From NCBI GenBank assembly GCA_002104905.1, contig MCFE01000236.1:1-64000 (forward strand): a stretch of 64,000 nt of DNA. The letters are read 5' to 3'. Below are positions 62,980 to 64,000 of the stretch, one piece after another (position 1 is the first letter of the stretch; every line of letters starts with the position of its first letter). This stretch comes from Basidiobolus meristosporus CBS 931.73. Lineage: Eukaryota; Fungi; Basidiobolomycota. A program made the translations under genes and the position numbers. The notes beneath the pieces are model-generated. The model had not been told where the DNA came from. It did no database searches and worked only from the letters and a program-made list of their open reading frames with translations.

Positions 62980-64000
62980 GGTTAATGATAGGGGGATATG
63001 TGAATGAGTTGAGAGTAGAGAACCATCGCCTATTATATAGTGGCTGCCACGTACCCTAAATTTAACGTGTTTACAGTACACAATCCGATTGGTCATCAAT
63101 TGAGGACTTGTCTTGGCAGCATCGATATTGTCGGGAATTCATGTAGCTATAATAACGGAATCCATCATTCGTTTGTTGCCCCTTGGCTCAATTACCGCCA
63201 AGTGCTGTTTGAAACACAACTCCCTTTCTCTATTCAGTAGTTCCATTGTTAACGTATTGCTAGATATGGAACTCCTGGATAGCCATATGACATTGTTGCC
63301 ATATTCGACGATGCAATCCTCTGGGATTTAGCATACTGATGGATTTACCGATTACGTGTCAGGTGGCTAGAAATTTCCACTTTTCTCATGGTAAAAATAG
63401 AACCATCACTTGGACTGTAACTATTCGCTCGAAATCGACCTCCCAGCTGGCCTATAGTGGGAGCAGGGTCGAATCAATAGTTTTCTAAAGAAGCACAGCA
63501 CCCATGGCTATATCGAGACTTCTGCGCTGCCATCCGCCATCCCTGTTTCTCTCGATTGTGGATCTGGGATATCACCTACGAAGGATGGTGCGTTGGTGGC
63601 ATTGCTGGAATGTGCTTCCAAGTAGAACACTCGACTCACTACCCGTGCTCATGCGGATTCAGAGTAGACCCTAGAGCCCCGGCGATTGGATGGGGCGTTT
63701 AGGTGAAATCATAACAGATCGCAAGTAGAACAGCAATCCATTGGGTTGATTCAGAACTGACACTAATAGAAAGATCTATCAGCACCGCGATGGTGACTAC
63801 TCTAGACCACTCAGTTGATTGATCAATCCACTCGACTATCAAGTCGCCATCGCCACCGTCGATTAATCGAATGACTCAACGCAATTAGATTGAAGCTTAA
63901 GCAATGGGCTGAGTGTGATGGATAAGAAGATAATTCCAAGTAACTTGTAAAATTATGATTGAAAAAAAGTAAAAAAAATACTTAGTATGAGTTTAGTTGC

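Noticed and set aside
63400-64000. Short ORF-like frames at the window end
   Set aside because: Under 60 aa, no motifs, and possibly the promoter or UTR of a gene beyond the window.

Overview
Gene-dense, intron-rich eukaryotic DNA with short (~50-100 nt) spliceosomal introns. The gene content points to an early-diverging fungus (Zoopagomycota/Mucoromycota-like, possibly Basidiobolus); this is an inference. I can support 24 protein-coding genes. Most are housekeeping: GTP-type PEP carboxykinase, RAD23, RPL36, an alpha-arrestin, BRO1/ALIX, glucose-6-P 1-epimerase, MIM1, GID8, a MoaE-like gene, RPN11, SEC23, CCR4, mitochondrial ACP, an IFRD-family gene, RRP5, neutral trehalase, a carnitine carrier, the FEX fluoride exporter and a CipC/DUF3759 gene. 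Several are missed or fragmented in the ORF track and were assembled by manual splicing: a DUF2433 pseudo-phosphoesterase fused to an RRM, an Integrator INTS10 homolog, a 6TM Kv channel, RPL36 and a 64-aa basic mitochondrial microprotein. The most novel-looking part is the gene-sparse block at ~24.7-30.3 kb. It holds two co-oriented secreted genes from bacterial-type families: a degenerate CBM9-like protein and an intronless His-brace, AA10-like LPMO candidate. Splicing oddities are a candidate U12-type intron in SEC23 and a GC-AG intron in CCR4. I found no tRNA, rRNA, CRISPR array or recognisable mobile element. All family assignments come from motif recall, not database searches.
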